Below, in pieces: positions 21,201 through 27,405 of a stretch of 64,000 bases of DNA (position 1 is its first letter; every line of letters begins with the position of its first letter). The notes under the pieces were generated by a model, which saw nothing but the letters and a program-made list of their open reading frames with translations, did not search any database and was not told the DNA's origin. The position numbers were made by a program, and so were the translations under genes. The stretch comes from Candidatus Multivoradales bacterium (GTDB taxonomy: Bacteria > Acidobacteriota > Thermoanaerobaculia > Multivoradales > J023): assembly GCA_965248925.1 (NCBI GenBank), contig CBDFLE010000005.1, positions 2,272,001 through 2,336,000 of the forward strand, in the 5' to 3' direction.

Positions 21201-23770
21201 AGGATCCCCAGCGACCAGAAATCGCCGATCAGGTGATGGAGTGCCAGAACCAGGACAAAGCGGTCCGGCGATTGCCGCAGCAAGCACAGCCGGATCAGCG
21301 GCCCGCCATCCAGCTCAAAGGGACCCCAGGCCCGCCGCAGGAGTTCGCGCCGCAATCGTGAATCGTCCCAACTGGCAGCGTCGATCTCGAGAAAATCGGC
21401 GGCGGTTCCTTCGACCACTCGCTGGAACGGCTTGCCTCGCTGATCACCGAATACGCAACGCAGCGCCTCGTGCCTGCCGACCAGAGCGCTGAAAGCCTGT
21501 CCCAGAACCGCGCCGTCGATCGCGCCGATCCCTGCCGCGGCATGGGATATCAGGTAAGCGCGGTTTCCGGGCTGCAGCTTCTCCAAGAACCACAACGCCT
21601 CCTGACCGTGGGTCAGGTCGAACGGCACGCCGACGGCAAATTCTTCGCATCCCTCCCGGGCCAGGGCGCTCTCGAGAATCGCAGTCGGCGCCGGTTCGGG
21701 CGCCGTCAAGCCGGCAAGAACCTGCTCACACAGTTGGTCGACGGAACCCTCGCCAAGCAGTAGATGGAGCGGAACCGCGACCCCAAATCGCGCTTCGAGC
21801 TGGTTGCTGAGTTCCACCGCTCGCAACGAGTCCAGGCCCCAGGCGACCAAGGGGCCTGCCGCCGGCAGCTGGCTCGTCGGCACTGCCAGCACTCGGCCGA
21901 CCAGAGCGCGAACCACGTTCGCTAGCCGAGTCAGGCGTTCTCCGGCGTGGAGAGCTAACAGCTCGGCTCGATCCAGCATATCCACCAAGGGTTCTGGATC
22001 CGAGGCGCTCGCCGCAGCCGCGACGAGCAGCGGAAGCTCGCCGGCCAGGTAGGCATCCCGGACGGCGGATCGCCGCAGCTTGCCGCTCGAGGTGCGCGGC
22101 ATCTTGCCGGCGCCGATCAGTACTACTTCCTCGACTGAGACCTCCTGCTGCTCGGCGATCGCTGCCCGAATCGCCGCCGTGACCTCGTCGTGCGCAGCCT
22201 TGCTCCGCCGATCGATCTCACAGACAATCACCGCCCCTTCGCGATCCTGATAGTGCACCGAGAACGCCGCCGAACCATTCGGCCGCACCGCCGGATGGCC
22301 GTTCTCCGCCGCCTGTTCGAGATCCTGCGGATAGAGGTTGCGACCGCGGATAATCAGTAGATCCTTGATCCGACCGCTGACGAAGAGCTCCCCAGCGACC
22401 AGAAAACCGAGGTCGCCGGACTTAAGAAACGGCCCACGATCGGGCTCATCGGTGAGCACCGCGCCGAAGATGGCCAGGGTCGACTCCGGCTGATTCCAAT
22501 AGCCCGAGGCGACACTGGTGCCGCTGATCCAGATCTCGCCGACCCGGCCCGGCGGCTGCTCCCGACAGCTCTCTGGGTCGACGATCAGCACCTCTTGCCC
22601 ATGCACCGCCGATCCACAGCCGACGAGGTGAGAAGCCCCTGCCGCGGCATCGCTGACGGTTCTCGCCCGGCCCTCGTGCTCATAGGTCTGGCGGTCTAGA
22701 GCCTCGACCACCGGAACCCCATCGGTAGAGGCAGTCACCAAGAGGGTGGATTCAGCAAGACCGTAGCAAGGGCAGAAAGCGGAACGCCTGAAGCCCCACG
22801 GCAAAAACATCTCGGCAAAACGCTCCAAGGTCTGTGCACGAACCGGCTCCGCACCGTTGAAAGCGGTCTGCCAGGTCGACAGATCAAGGCCCTGAACCTG
22901 CTCCTCGGTCATCCGCTTGACGCAAAGCTCGTAAGCGAAGCTCGGCCCGCCACTGGTGGTGGCGCCATACTTCGAGATCGCCTGCAGCCAATTCGCCGGC
23001 CGCTGCAAGAACGATATCGGCGACAGCAAGATGCAGTGGGCGCCGACAAACAGAGGCTGCAACATCCCGCCGATCAACCCCATGTCGTGGTAGAGCGGCA
23101 ACCAGCTGACAATCACCGAGTTGTGGTCCTGGCGGAAGACGCGGCGAATCGCCTCTTCGTTGTGCGACAGGTTGGCGTGGGTCACCATCACACCCTTGGG
23201 CAGGGAGGTCGATCCGGAGGTGTATTGCAAGAACGCCAGCGTCTCGGGTAGCGGCTCAAGCGGCGACCAATCGCTAGCCGGCGGCTCGCCCAAGTCGTCG
23301 ATCTCCAACCAGCGGCAGCTGGAGAAGGCCGGAATCACCGCCGCCAACTTGGCCAGACGGCGCCGCAGCTTGCGGGTCGTCAGAATCAACGTGGGATCGG
23401 CATCGGCACAGATCGCTTCGAGAGTCCGTGGTCGCCGGCCAAGGCGCGGAGGGTAGGCGGGCACCGCGACGACACCGGCGCTCAGACAGCCCAAGAAAGC
23501 GTGCAAGAACTCAAGACTCGGGGGGAAGAGCAGCACGGCGCGCTCGCCAGGAGCAGCGAGCTTGGAGATCGCAGCACCTGCCGCCAGCACACCTTGCTCC
23601 AGCTGCCGGTAGGTTTGCTCGGCCGCCACTAACTTGCCGTCGCGCAAGAAGGTGAAGGCGGTCCTGTCACCATGCTCCGCGGCTTGCTGCCGCAGTAGCT
23701 CGATGACGCTCTTTCCAAGGACGTGGGTGTTCATCTCCAAAGCGCTGCCGGTGCGTAGCCCGGAGGCCAC
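6260..23770 (-). CDS. Lipopeptide-initiating NRPS 1 (5836 aa): FAAL-ACP-C-A-T-C-A(Ser)-T-E-C-A(Gln)-T-C-A(Gly)/LLM monooxygenase-T
   Basis: FAAL motifs FLQYTSGST, SWLPLYHDMGLIG, GRIKDLLIIRGRNLYPQDLE; ACP GLDSL; C motifs HHLIGDFW, HHIIADGW, HHLLLDGW, HHIVGDGW; T motifs GGHS (x3) and GGDS; E domain HHLVVDGVSW/DLEGHGR/RTVGWFT/FNYLGQ. Hand-read A codes: DVGDTGIVNK (unassigned), DVWHISLVDK (Ser), DAWQFGLIDK (Gln), DILQLGMIWK (Gly). No TE. Start could also be ATG 23734. Confidence 0.96.
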   Translation of the reverse strand: MASGLRTGSALEMNTHVLGKSVIELLRQQAAEHGDRTAFTFLRDGKLVAAEQTYRQLEQGVLAAGAAISKLAAPGERAVLLFPPSLEFLHAFLGCLSAGVVAVPAYPPRLGRRPRTLEAICADADPTLILTTRKLRRRLAKLAAVIPAFSSCRWLEIDDLGEPPASDWSPLEPLPETLAFLQYTSGSTSLPKGVMVTHANLSHNEEAIRRVFRQDHNSVIVSWLPLYHDMGLIGGMLQPLFVGAHCILLSPISFLQRPANWLQAISKYGATTSGGPSFAYELCVKRMTEEQVQGLDLSTWQTAFNGAEPVRAQTLERFAEMFLPWGFRRSAFCPCYGLAESTLLVTASTDGVPVVEALDRQTYEHEGRARTVSDAAAGASHLVGCGSAVHGQEVLIVDPESCREQPPGRVGEIWISGTSVASGYWNQPESTLAIFGAVLTDEPDRGPFLKSGDLGFLVAGELFVSGRIKDLLIIRGRNLYPQDLEQAAENGHPAVRPNGSAAFSVHYQDREGAVIVCEIDRRSKAAHDEVTAAIRAAIAEQQEVSVEEVVLIGAGKMPRTSSGKLRRSAVRDAYLAGELPLLVAAAASASDPEPLVDMLDRAELLALHAGERLTRLANVVRALVGRVLAVPTSQLPAAGPLVAWGLDSLRAVELSNQLEARFGVAVPLHLLLGEGSVDQLCEQVLAGLTAPEPAPTAILESALAREGCEEFAVGVPFDLTHGQEALWFLEKLQPGNRAYLISHAAAGIGAIDGAVLGQAFSALVGRHEALRCVFGDQRGKPFQRVVEGTAADFLEIDAASWDDSRLRRELLRRAWGPFELDGGPLIRLCLLRQSPDRFVLVLALHHLIGDFWSLGILLRELEALYLAVVGSRTVAGAAVDSPLPAGWFAACVRQQRELLQTDQGKVLRRFWRQQLGGHGFDLRLPADRPRPSAQTFRGETVASWLGERQAAALEALGWAHSATLYVTLLASFQVLLCRLTGSSEPLIGSPTSGREAGQGSGLAGLVGYFVNPVVLRTELGPGMDFSELLGRTRATVLAALEHAALPFALLAQDLQPQRDASRSPIFQAMFAFQQEAPGVGQGLAEFSLAASGSQIEFAGFELKAVDLEGCSAQFDLCFSVAPVGDRLRLELEFSTDLFDRSSAQRFLGAWLQVVEEVLAKPRAVLSALSLLTASQRQQLLVEWNDTQVSYAATGLVPQLLAAQASRDPQALAIDDGQRQLTYGQLLQASAAQARRLIALGAGSETCVGLLADRSAAMVVGALAILKTGAAYLPLDPKLPPRRLAWMVEDLGVELVLSDGSAGGRLAECGAQVVNLDEPMPASTHGVGNSVRIPRQSLAYVIYTSGSSGRPKPVGVSHASLQHLVHWYQRTFQIQPGDRAAQLAGPAFDVAVGELWCHLAAGASLHLPADEIRLAPGELRRWLVEERIQISDVSTPMMERLCDFEWPSEGMLRALTTGGDRLRLPGALPWNIPTYNIYGPTECTVNATAGRVGRDLAAGVQPPIGRPLSNTRVFLVDGALQAALPGAIGELCLSGVGLARGYLGRPGLTAGSFVANPFSVHPGERLYRTGDLARYRGDGQLEFLGRFDQQVKLRGFRIELGEIEAACAALPEVSEAVVVLLEDPRGAGRLAAYLVPRQPLPSFAELRQRLAKTLPEYMLPAAWVELPRLPLTRSGKIDRAALPVPRWQVGRSAEFASVTEQRLGRIWGEVLGRGEVGRNDDFFALGGHSLLGTQVSSRIAEEFGVELPLRALFEAPELYRLAEVIEQAQVAAGPTRLPLTPIEGSGPWPLSFPQQRLWFLSHLPGCGAAYNMPSLLRLAAGVLERRLLDAALTEIARRQTLLRTCFVEHHGKAAQQVMGLTAHCTPRVDLDHLGAADRQVELAALARSFASRRFDLRRGPLLRTLWLDLGAEGVGLAVCLHHIIADGWSIDLLLSELAATYGDLAAGHRPSLGRPAINYQDFAGWQRRWFEDGVYESQIRYWRQQLAGSGSGVELAGDRPRPATFDFAGGRVERHLTKIDLRALEHFGQAHGGSLFMTVLAAFQVLLFRLTGEQDQRLGTAVANRNRLESERLLGVFVNTQVMRLEVEGSESFLDLLRLSRRSVLEADAHQDVPFELLVQSLDLSRDRSRNPLFQIMLLLEEPPALLRLGETEVAVEELVTPQSKFDLSVGLRRQPGGDLLWAEYSTALYDSTTVLRWLEQLQSLLVGILDAPRQPVASLPILDRAQRQQLLVEWADSAVAYASADQTLTELIQRNTARGPDIIAVVADSGVLSFAELWRRAGWLADHLGERGVGPESVVGVLAERSLELLIGLVGILRAGAAYLPLDPDYPAERLLFMIEDSGASLVVAQSDLAGALPSAAVPVLRLDEDLDQPVVRSATAEPGGQYRRALPENLAYVIYTSGSTGRPKGVMNQHRGVVNRLLWTQSRFALIPGDRILQKTPTSFDVSVWELFWPLLCGATVVMARPGGHRDSAYLVSALIEQRITTIHFVPSLLRVFLLAAGVEKTQGILRQVICSGEALTADLVRRADRRLKAPLHNLYGPTEAAVDVTARRCGAADHQGMVPIGRPIDNVRIRLLDRRARPVPVGVAGELCIGGVALARGYRQRPALTARTFVPDPLAQQPPAQRLYRSGDLARYRADGSIEYLGRLDHQVKLRGFRIELGEIEAALENYPRVAAAAAAVGATKAGESRLDAYVVGLREGIAELREHLGQCLPGHMIPATFTFLGQLPLNASGKLDRQALPAPDSRGSEFESAYVAAGTAAEKCLSRLWAAALGVERVGIHDDFFALGGDSILSLQVVAQAAAEGLRLGAQDVFQAPTIAELARLGSFESELTEGEMAAAAPMRGEVPLSPIQQWFFEQQPAEPWHFNQALLLATPTALDPARLAVAARLMLRRHDALRLRFEDRGGRWRQHCSAPDSTLPWTRIDLSHLRQGHRSVARDRLVRRAQASLNLSIGPVVRWLLLDHGEQPGRLLWIAHHLVVDGVSWRLLVLDLERTYGQLEAGSQPSPLPPTTSYQTWVEHLMATAGAEARVAEVDYWRHASRPSRPLPVDIDGGRGTVGEAEVVRVQLPVESTQTLLEQAPRAYRTDVQEILLTALAETLTAWSGDRAVKIDLEGHGRQFDGLAKLDVARTVGWFTSLFPLRLELGEVSAGGAHLKQVKEQLRAVPDQGRGWGMLRYLSDGEDVVDKGSAEVLFNYLGQLDGVIGSTDMLKLIAEEQPAERSRRQQRSHLLEISVKVREGRLLVDWEFSRGAHRRQTIGSLANDFIGRLGAWIDHCSKPANRGFTPSDFPLADLDQPALDELRTTVGEIEDLLPLTPTQEGMLFHALAAPASDLYTEQMSCELLGELDSKVLLEAWGQIASRHPMLRALLLWQGLERPLVAVLPEHQASAEVLDWSALPAVEQDSRVAALMVAERQRGFDLSRRPAWRLAMIELGAGRQRLIWSFHHLLLDGWSVALVIRELFELYDALIEGRPAGLSAAPSPSGHLRWLQGRQAAPSLAYWRRRLSGFDAPTPLGIDRPASLTEASSRVAEQRLVLPARLAAALDDLVRRHRLTLNTLFESAWARLLSLYSGHQEVVFGTVAAGRQASVEDSERMVGVFINTLPARLEVPSSATLIGWLRRVQAGQSEARSHQHTPLAEIQQLCGLAADQPLFESLLVFENYPLVGLMEQRQAAPRVGRLLFFERTNYPLVLSAARTSELAFTAAYDPARFDPTTIGRLLDHLTTLLRNLVAGEVVAPSQWGILSRAERHQLLWDWNDTAVSYGADSLLGPLLARRADCGGLQAVAQGAVSWSYAELWSRVDQLSGSLRSRGMVAETRVGLSSVRSPEMVAGLLAILSGGGTVVPLDPDYPAARLSYLIEDSGTSLLLVDSAWTTRPQTAGLSGDLPVIELSQAVAGRRQRAATAVSVTAEQLAYLIYTSGSTGRPKGVMVSHRAIANRVLWMQSEYPLEAEDRVLQKTPLSFDASMWELLTPLLAGASVELARDGGHRDMAYLRQLIEARGVSVLQLVPSQLQVWLEEVGAASCGSLRWVFSGGEALPEALRGRFESLLDAELINLYGPTETAIDASHHRCRRGQAGAGQIVPIGRPLGNLRLSVLDAGLEPLPAAAAGELYVAGPSLARGYQGRAALTAEHFVPDPWSPRAGGRLYRTGDRTRRLADGRLEYLGRADQQVKVRGVRIEPGEIEARLAEHPAIEGAAVVARGAGADKALVAYVVGRSQAALDTRQLRQDLAHELPPSLVPSTFVVLGELPRLTSGKVDRRALASREVAVNTTDGLRTLPRNLTEEMVAAIWMEVLGLDRIHVEDDFFTLGGHSLHATRAISRLQTTLAVEIPLLKLFELPTLGALSAYVEVARGRGGDSLPAPIERLPRSAELPASFAQRRLWFIDQLDPESPLYNLPLRLRMGGVLDIGALREAFSDLVARQEVLRSTFEPADGAPRLRLHGPVPVALPVIDLVGLRAASAESEAARLAAADAARGFDLRRGPLLRTALLRLAERDYSLLLNVHHIVGDGWSTGLLLRELATHYGARRRGCSAQLAELPVQYVDYAAWQQDWLQGQALTDELEFWRSRLAGAPALLNLPTDRPRPAVQSNSGASLPVQLDASRTAALESLGRQHRGTLFMVLLAAWSTLLARYSGSADLSIGVPVAGRTRLETEPLVGCFVNTLVFRLQGLAEQTFLGLIGQVREVTLATSAHQDLPFEKLVEELEPERSLSFSPLFQVMLALQNVPAEGVEFDRLEVRLEDVETRVSRYDLSLFLAPDGDRLQGFLEYSDELFDNTTIARLWGHLETLLAGLSGAALGADLAQLPLLSAAERRQLLGEWNDTASELPVAEMAAVERPGKLPLSRQFESRVARQRWRVALTFADQQITYGELEARANRLAHYLISLGAGPESLVGIHLRRTPQMVVAMLAVLKAGAAYLPLDPSYPPRRLAYLLDDAAVTLLIADAGELGDLEDPRRVVVDPERDQWLIDGQRSDPPSLDESLQRLAYVIYTSGSTGRPKGVMVDHASVANFFVGMDRQVGRDQPGTWLAVTSISFDISVLELLWPLTRGYRVVLQPAAPSRAAWSGSTERTIGREIDFSLFYFASDLGEQEHDRYRLLLEGARIADRLGFAAVWTPERHFHHFGGLYPNPSVVGAAIAAITERVQIRAGSVVLPLHNPVRVAEEWSVVDNISGGRVGISIASGWVANDFVLAPDSFQDRHAVMFRNLETIRRLWRGEKVTMTDGVGAEAEISILPPPVQPELPIWVTAAGSPETFRRGGELGAHLLTHMLGQDIDQLAANIQIYRQARQEAGHEPQSGKVSVMLHAFVADDLEVAKETVRQPFYSYLRGSAGLVKNLAVSLGWDLQDTELSAADMEAMLEFSFERYFATSGLMGTRQSCFDMVARLSQIGVDEVACLIDFGIAEDQVLAGLSRLAEVQSEVRRATLLGGQPEIGIGEQIRRHRVTHFQCTPSMATMLALDPEVRQELAEVDCLLLGGEALPPSLAESLAGGGEIHNMYGPTETTIWSSTWRLERGGGSVPIGRPIANTELHVVGGGLELQPVGIPGLLFIAGQGVVRGYLARPALTADCFVPNPFSSRAGRRMYATGDLARRRRDGVLEFLGRVDQQVKVRGHRIELGEIESHLDRHPGVAEAVVVTHESATADLQLVAYWVAAAEAQLADAGHLRNHLRSELPEHMVPTLFVDLEQLPRTPNGKLDRAALPAPRLAETTGERLRVAPRSALEEALVGIWSELLGRDDLDIHDDFFELGGHSLLAARLIFQLRSAFKIDLPLRQLFEATTIAQLASALEDHERRPGMLAKRAELLLRIQQMSPDELADKLAQRRRGKV
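7480..8525 (-). other. Luciferase-like (LLM) flavin monooxygenase domain inserted in the Gly A domain of NRPS 1
   Basis: IDFSLFYF...AVWTPERHFHHFGGLYPNPSV...RAGSVVLPLHNPVRVAEEWSVVDNISGGRVG...GVDEVACLIDFG lies between A4 (FDISVLEL) and the remainder of the A domain (THFQCTPS, GGEAL, NMYGPTET). Boundaries are approximate. Confidence 0.92.
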
Positions 23771-24074
23771 GGCATGGTCGAACCGTTTCAGCTAGTGGTA
23801 GGTAGCCGGACCAGGCGCCGGGGGCTCTCCGCGAGGCCAGCGGAGAAATCTCGACGAATATGCCAACTACCCCTCTATAACGCAAAGAACTCTGGCAAAA
23901 AGAACAACTCAACTTAGACTAGTCTGCACACTCTAACGTCAATCAGCAGCGTACCGCCGCAATCAGAAACACCTCTGCAAGAGCGTGATTTCTTTCCATG
24001 ACCATGGACGCCCTTCGAGGTTTGGCGAGCTGCGAACGGTACGGGATAATGGCCGCCGTGAAGGAATCAAAACT
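23771..24074. promoter_or_regulatory. Divergent intergenic/promoter region between NRPS operon and peptidase-transcarbamylase operon
   Basis: Visibly AT-richer non-coding gap between head-to-head genes, with the 10-bp palindrome AGACTAGTCT (23916-23925). No promoter consensus was confidently identified. Confidence 0.45.
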
Positions 24075-26432
24075 GTGAAGGAATCGAAGATTGGCATCGC
24101 CCTGACCATTCTCGCGGTAGTCGGTTGTTTGATAAGCGCCCGTTCGCTAACCCCGCCACCGGTTCGTGCAGTTTCAGAAAGCATTGACCTATTCTCTGCC
24201 CACCGCGCCATGCGGCATCTCGATCGCTTGGCTATCGACCCTCGTGCCACTGGCTCCGAAGGGAACGAGCGGGCACGCCGGTACATCACCGAGCAGATCG
24301 AGTCAATGGGTTTGGCTGTCGAACTCCAGAACGGACTTTCAATTGATCGAAACTCCTGGCTCGACGTCGCCAATGTGACCAACGTCTTGACCAGAATCGA
24401 AGGTAGCGATTCCCAAGCCGGGTGCCTTTTGATCGCCGCACACTACGACACTGTTCCGACCAGCCCAGGAGCCGCCGACAACGGCTCCGCGGTAGCGTCG
24501 GCGCTCGAAGTGGTACGAATTCTCACTCTGGGACCTAAACCTCGTAACGATTTGATATTCCTTTTCAGTGACGGCGAAGAACCTGGCCTGCGTGGCGCGC
24601 ATATTTTCATGTCACAGCACCGCTGGGCCAAGGAAATTGACTTTGCTATCAATTTTGAGGCAAGAGGCACTAACGGTCCGACCTTGATGTTCGAGAGTAG
24701 TCCGAAAAACTCTCGCCTGGCCGCTTTGCTAGCGCAATCCAGCGCCCATCCAATAGCATTCTCATACGCGCCCGAGGTCTACAAGAGACTTGGCAACGAC
24801 ACCGATTTTTCCGTTTTTAGATCATTCGGTATCGAGGGCCTAAATTTCGCCTACATCGGCGGCGCTGACAAGTATCACACCTCCCGCGACGACCCGAGTG
24901 AGCTTGATCCCCGGAGCCTTCAGCATCAAGGTGATCTACTCCTGAGCTTGAGTAGAGATCTGGGCAACCAAGACCTCTCTGACTTACAATCTGCCGCCGA
25001 TGCGACGTTCTTCACACTGCCCCTTCTCGGACTTGTCGTCTATACCAACTCCATCGGCTGGATCATGGCTCTGCTTGCGGTTTCACTGTTGCTGGGCAAG
25101 CTCGCGAGGGGGCTCCTCAGCCACACGATCAAGTTACTGAAAGTGCTTGCCGCGTCCGGTCTCTTGTTGATTTGTGTAGCGCTCTGCGGAGTGGCCGCGG
25201 ACTTTTTGGCTCGCGCCCTAGGCCGCGATTTCAACCTCAGCCATGGTTGGTCGACAACCTCGCTCTATCTGATCGCCTTGACCCTGGCCGTGTTCGCCCT
25301 GGCTGTTCTTTTCTATCGCTTGTGCGAGGGTAAATTCGGCGATGAGCTTCCACTTGGCGGTCTCTTGCTGATAGCAGTCTTGGTGATTCTCATCGGCCGG
25401 TTGGCCCCGGGCGCCAGCTACCTTTTCGCTATTCCTCTCTTGCTGGCCTCGATCACCGAGTTCTTTCGTAGCTCCTCCAGGAGGCAGGGAAATCCCCCGG
25501 TTGGGGAAATTCTACTGCTAGCGGCAACTCTGATCGCCGTGGTGCTGATCTGGACACCGACGTTGGTACTGACGCGAGAAGCGCTGGGGAACAACGCCAC
25601 CCCGATCATCGCTGGCGTGGTCTTTTTACTACTCTCGTGTCTGTTGGCTCCGCACCTGCTCCTGCTGGTTCGGGGTTGGCGCCAAGGGATGCCCACGGTC
25701 ATCGCGACCTTGCCGGTAGTCCTGCTCCTGGTGGGCATCGCCTACGCCGGCTCCGGTATCGACAGCGACGATCCAAAAGCCAACAGCGTCTTCTATGTCC
25801 GCGATGCAGACCTGGATTCGCAGCACTGGATGACTTTTGATCATCAGCTGGACTCATGGACGGAGCAGTTCTTCGAAGTTCGCCCAGAGTCCACCCCAGC
25901 ACCAGCGTTCTTGGGATTCACCAGCCAGATCCTGGCCGGCAGCGCTCCAGCCGTCGATCTGGGCCACGGCGTGGCAGAGATCTTCAGCGTCGAGCCAACC
26001 GCCACCGGCCGCCGGATCGAGCTCCGGCTACGCTGGCCATTTCGCGTTCATCGCGCATTGCTCTACTTCGATCTCGGCGACCGGGGCGTGGTCGAAGCGG
26101 TCGGCGGCCACCCTTTCGATCCAGCCGACGACGACGAGAATCCGCTCTTCGGCCAGAGAATGGCCTTTTACGGCCCGCCTGTGGAAGGCATCGAGCTGGC
26201 CCTTCACCTGAGCGGCGACCAGCCGCTGAAGCTCACCCTAGTCGCCCAACGCTACGCCCTGCCCAACCTCGCCGATTTCTCCTATTCCCCTCGCCCCGCC
26301 GAGACTCGGCCCAGACAGAGCTGGGTCACTGATTCGACATTTATCAAGAACACGATCCTGGTTGAACCCGCGACTGCACCCAACGCAGGTCGAGTCGACC
26401 GAGTACTTCTGGTCGGTCAGCCGCCGTTGTGA
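24075..26432 (+). CDS. Membrane-embedded M28 family metallopeptidase (ERMP1/Pff1-like architecture)
   Basis: AAHYDTVP-SPGAADNG, FSDGEEPGL, NFEARG, DTDF and YHTSRDD zinc-site motifs, followed by several hydrophobic helices and a soluble C-terminal domain. GTG 24075 with AAGGA upstream is preferred over the ORF-track start 23985. Confidence 0.9.
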   Translation: MKESKIGIALTILAVVGCLISARSLTPPPVRAVSESIDLFSAHRAMRHLDRLAIDPRATGSEGNERARRYITEQIESMGLAVELQNGLSIDRNSWLDVANVTNVLTRIEGSDSQAGCLLIAAHYDTVPTSPGAADNGSAVASALEVVRILTLGPKPRNDLIFLFSDGEEPGLRGAHIFMSQHRWAKEIDFAINFEARGTNGPTLMFESSPKNSRLAALLAQSSAHPIAFSYAPEVYKRLGNDTDFSVFRSFGIEGLNFAYIGGADKYHTSRDDPSELDPRSLQHQGDLLLSLSRDLGNQDLSDLQSAADATFFTLPLLGLVVYTNSIGWIMALLAVSLLLGKLARGLLSHTIKLLKVLAASGLLLICVALCGVAADFLARALGRDFNLSHGWSTTSLYLIALTLAVFALAVLFYRLCEGKFGDELPLGGLLLIAVLVILIGRLAPGASYLFAIPLLLASITEFFRSSSRRQGNPPVGEILLLAATLIAVVLIWTPTLVLTREALGNNATPIIAGVVFLLLSCLLAPHLLLLVRGWRQGMPTVIATLPVVLLLVGIAYAGSGIDSDDPKANSVFYVRDADLDSQHWMTFDHQLDSWTEQFFEVRPESTPAPAFLGFTSQILAGSAPAVDLGHGVAEIFSVEPTATGRRIELRLRWPFRVHRALLYFDLGDRGVVEAVGGHPFDPADDDENPLFGQRMAFYGPPVEGIELALHLSGDQPLKLTLVAQRYALPNLADFSYSPRPAETRPRQSWVTDSTFIKNTILVEPATAPNAGRVDRVLLVGQPPL

Positions 26433-26448
26433 AACCGAGAGGAATGCA

Positions 26449-27381
26449 ATGCCTGTGAAGCACCTTCTGAGCCTTGGAGATCTGAGCCCTGACGTAGTCC
26501 TCCACCTAGTGGACCGCGCGGTGGCTTTCTCCGCCTCCAAGCAACCTTCAAAGGTCCTGAAGGACAAGATCGTCGGCATCTACTTCAGCAAATCTTCGAC
26601 CCGCACCAGGACCTCATTCGCCGTCGGAGCGATGAAGCTCGGTGCCGATACGATCATTTACGGTGCTGGCGACTTGCAGCTCTGCACAGGCGAAACCCTC
26701 ACCGACACCTCGCGAGTTTTGTCGGGCTACCTCGATGGACTGGTGGTCAGGACCAACGGTCCGCAGGCCGAAATGGCGGCGCTCTGCCATGACCAGATGG
26801 CGGTCATCAACGCCATGAGCCAAGAGGAACACCCGACTCAAGCGATCGGTGACTTGGGTACTTTGAAAGAGTGCTTTGGCCACCTCGATGGGCTGCGGGT
26901 GCTCTACCTCGGCGACGGCAACAACACCACCACCGCACTGGCCCGGGCCTGCTCGATAGTTCCTGGGATGGAGTTCCACATCGTCACCCCGGAAGGTCAC
27001 GGCATCGACCCCAGCCTGCTGGCGCATTGTCACCACCGCGCCACCGCGAACGGCGGCAAGATCTCGCAGCAACACTCGATCAACGCGCTGCCCTCGGAAG
27101 TCGACGCGGTCTACACCACGCGCTGGCAGACGATGGGCGAAGGTAAGCCCGGCGACGACGGCTGGAAGGAGAAATTCCAACCCTATCGGGTCGACCAGGA
27201 GCTCATGGGGCGGGTTTCCAAAGCAGACGGGTCGACCATTTTCATGCATGACCTACCGGCCGTTCGCGGCGAGGACGTCACCGACGCGGTGCTTGACAGC
27301 AAGGCCAGCTGGGCCTGGCGGCAAGCCAACTTCAAGCTCTACAGCGCGATGGCCGTATTGGAGTGGTGCTTCGCCGGTTGA
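26449..27381 (+). CDS. Aspartate/ornithine carbamoyltransferase-family enzyme, HDLP variant (probable diamino-acid transcarbamylase, VioL/CmnL/ZmaT-like)
   Basis: Carbamoyl-phosphate motifs STRTR and HPTQ, plus GDGNN. It has YTTRWQTMG and FMHDLP where canonical OTC has YTDxWxSMG and FMHCLP. ATG 26449 follows GAGAGGA, 16 bp after the peptidase stop. Confidence 0.88.
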   Translation: MPVKHLLSLGDLSPDVVLHLVDRAVAFSASKQPSKVLKDKIVGIYFSKSSTRTRTSFAVGAMKLGADTIIYGAGDLQLCTGETLTDTSRVLSGYLDGLVVRTNGPQAEMAALCHDQMAVINAMSQEEHPTQAIGDLGTLKECFGHLDGLRVLYLGDGNNTTTALARACSIVPGMEFHIVTPEGHGIDPSLLAHCHHRATANGGKISQQHSINALPSEVDAVYTTRWQTMGEGKPGDDGWKEKFQPYRVDQELMGRVSKADGSTIFMHDLPAVRGEDVTDAVLDSKASWAWRQANFKLYSAMAVLEWCFAG

Positions 27382-27382
27382 T

Positions 27383-27405
27383 CGGGCTGCCGAATTTGCG
27401 GCCCG
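27383..27405 (+). terminator. Possible hairpin terminator after transcarbamylase
   Basis: CGGGCTGC-cgaattt-GCGGCCCG stem (one G-U pair) directly after the stop codon; poor U-tract. Confidence 0.35.

Noticed and set aside
171-23655. Many long plus-strand ORFs (e.g. 3162..4919, 585 aa; 7832..8896) opposite the NRPS genes
   Set aside because: Antisense shadows of GC-rich NRPS coding sequence; no independent motifs.
26362-27381. Calling the transcarbamylase argF with start 26362
   Set aside because: Ornithine-binding motifs are altered (HDLP, RWQTMG), and the upstream start overlaps the peptidase; ATG 26449 has an RBS.
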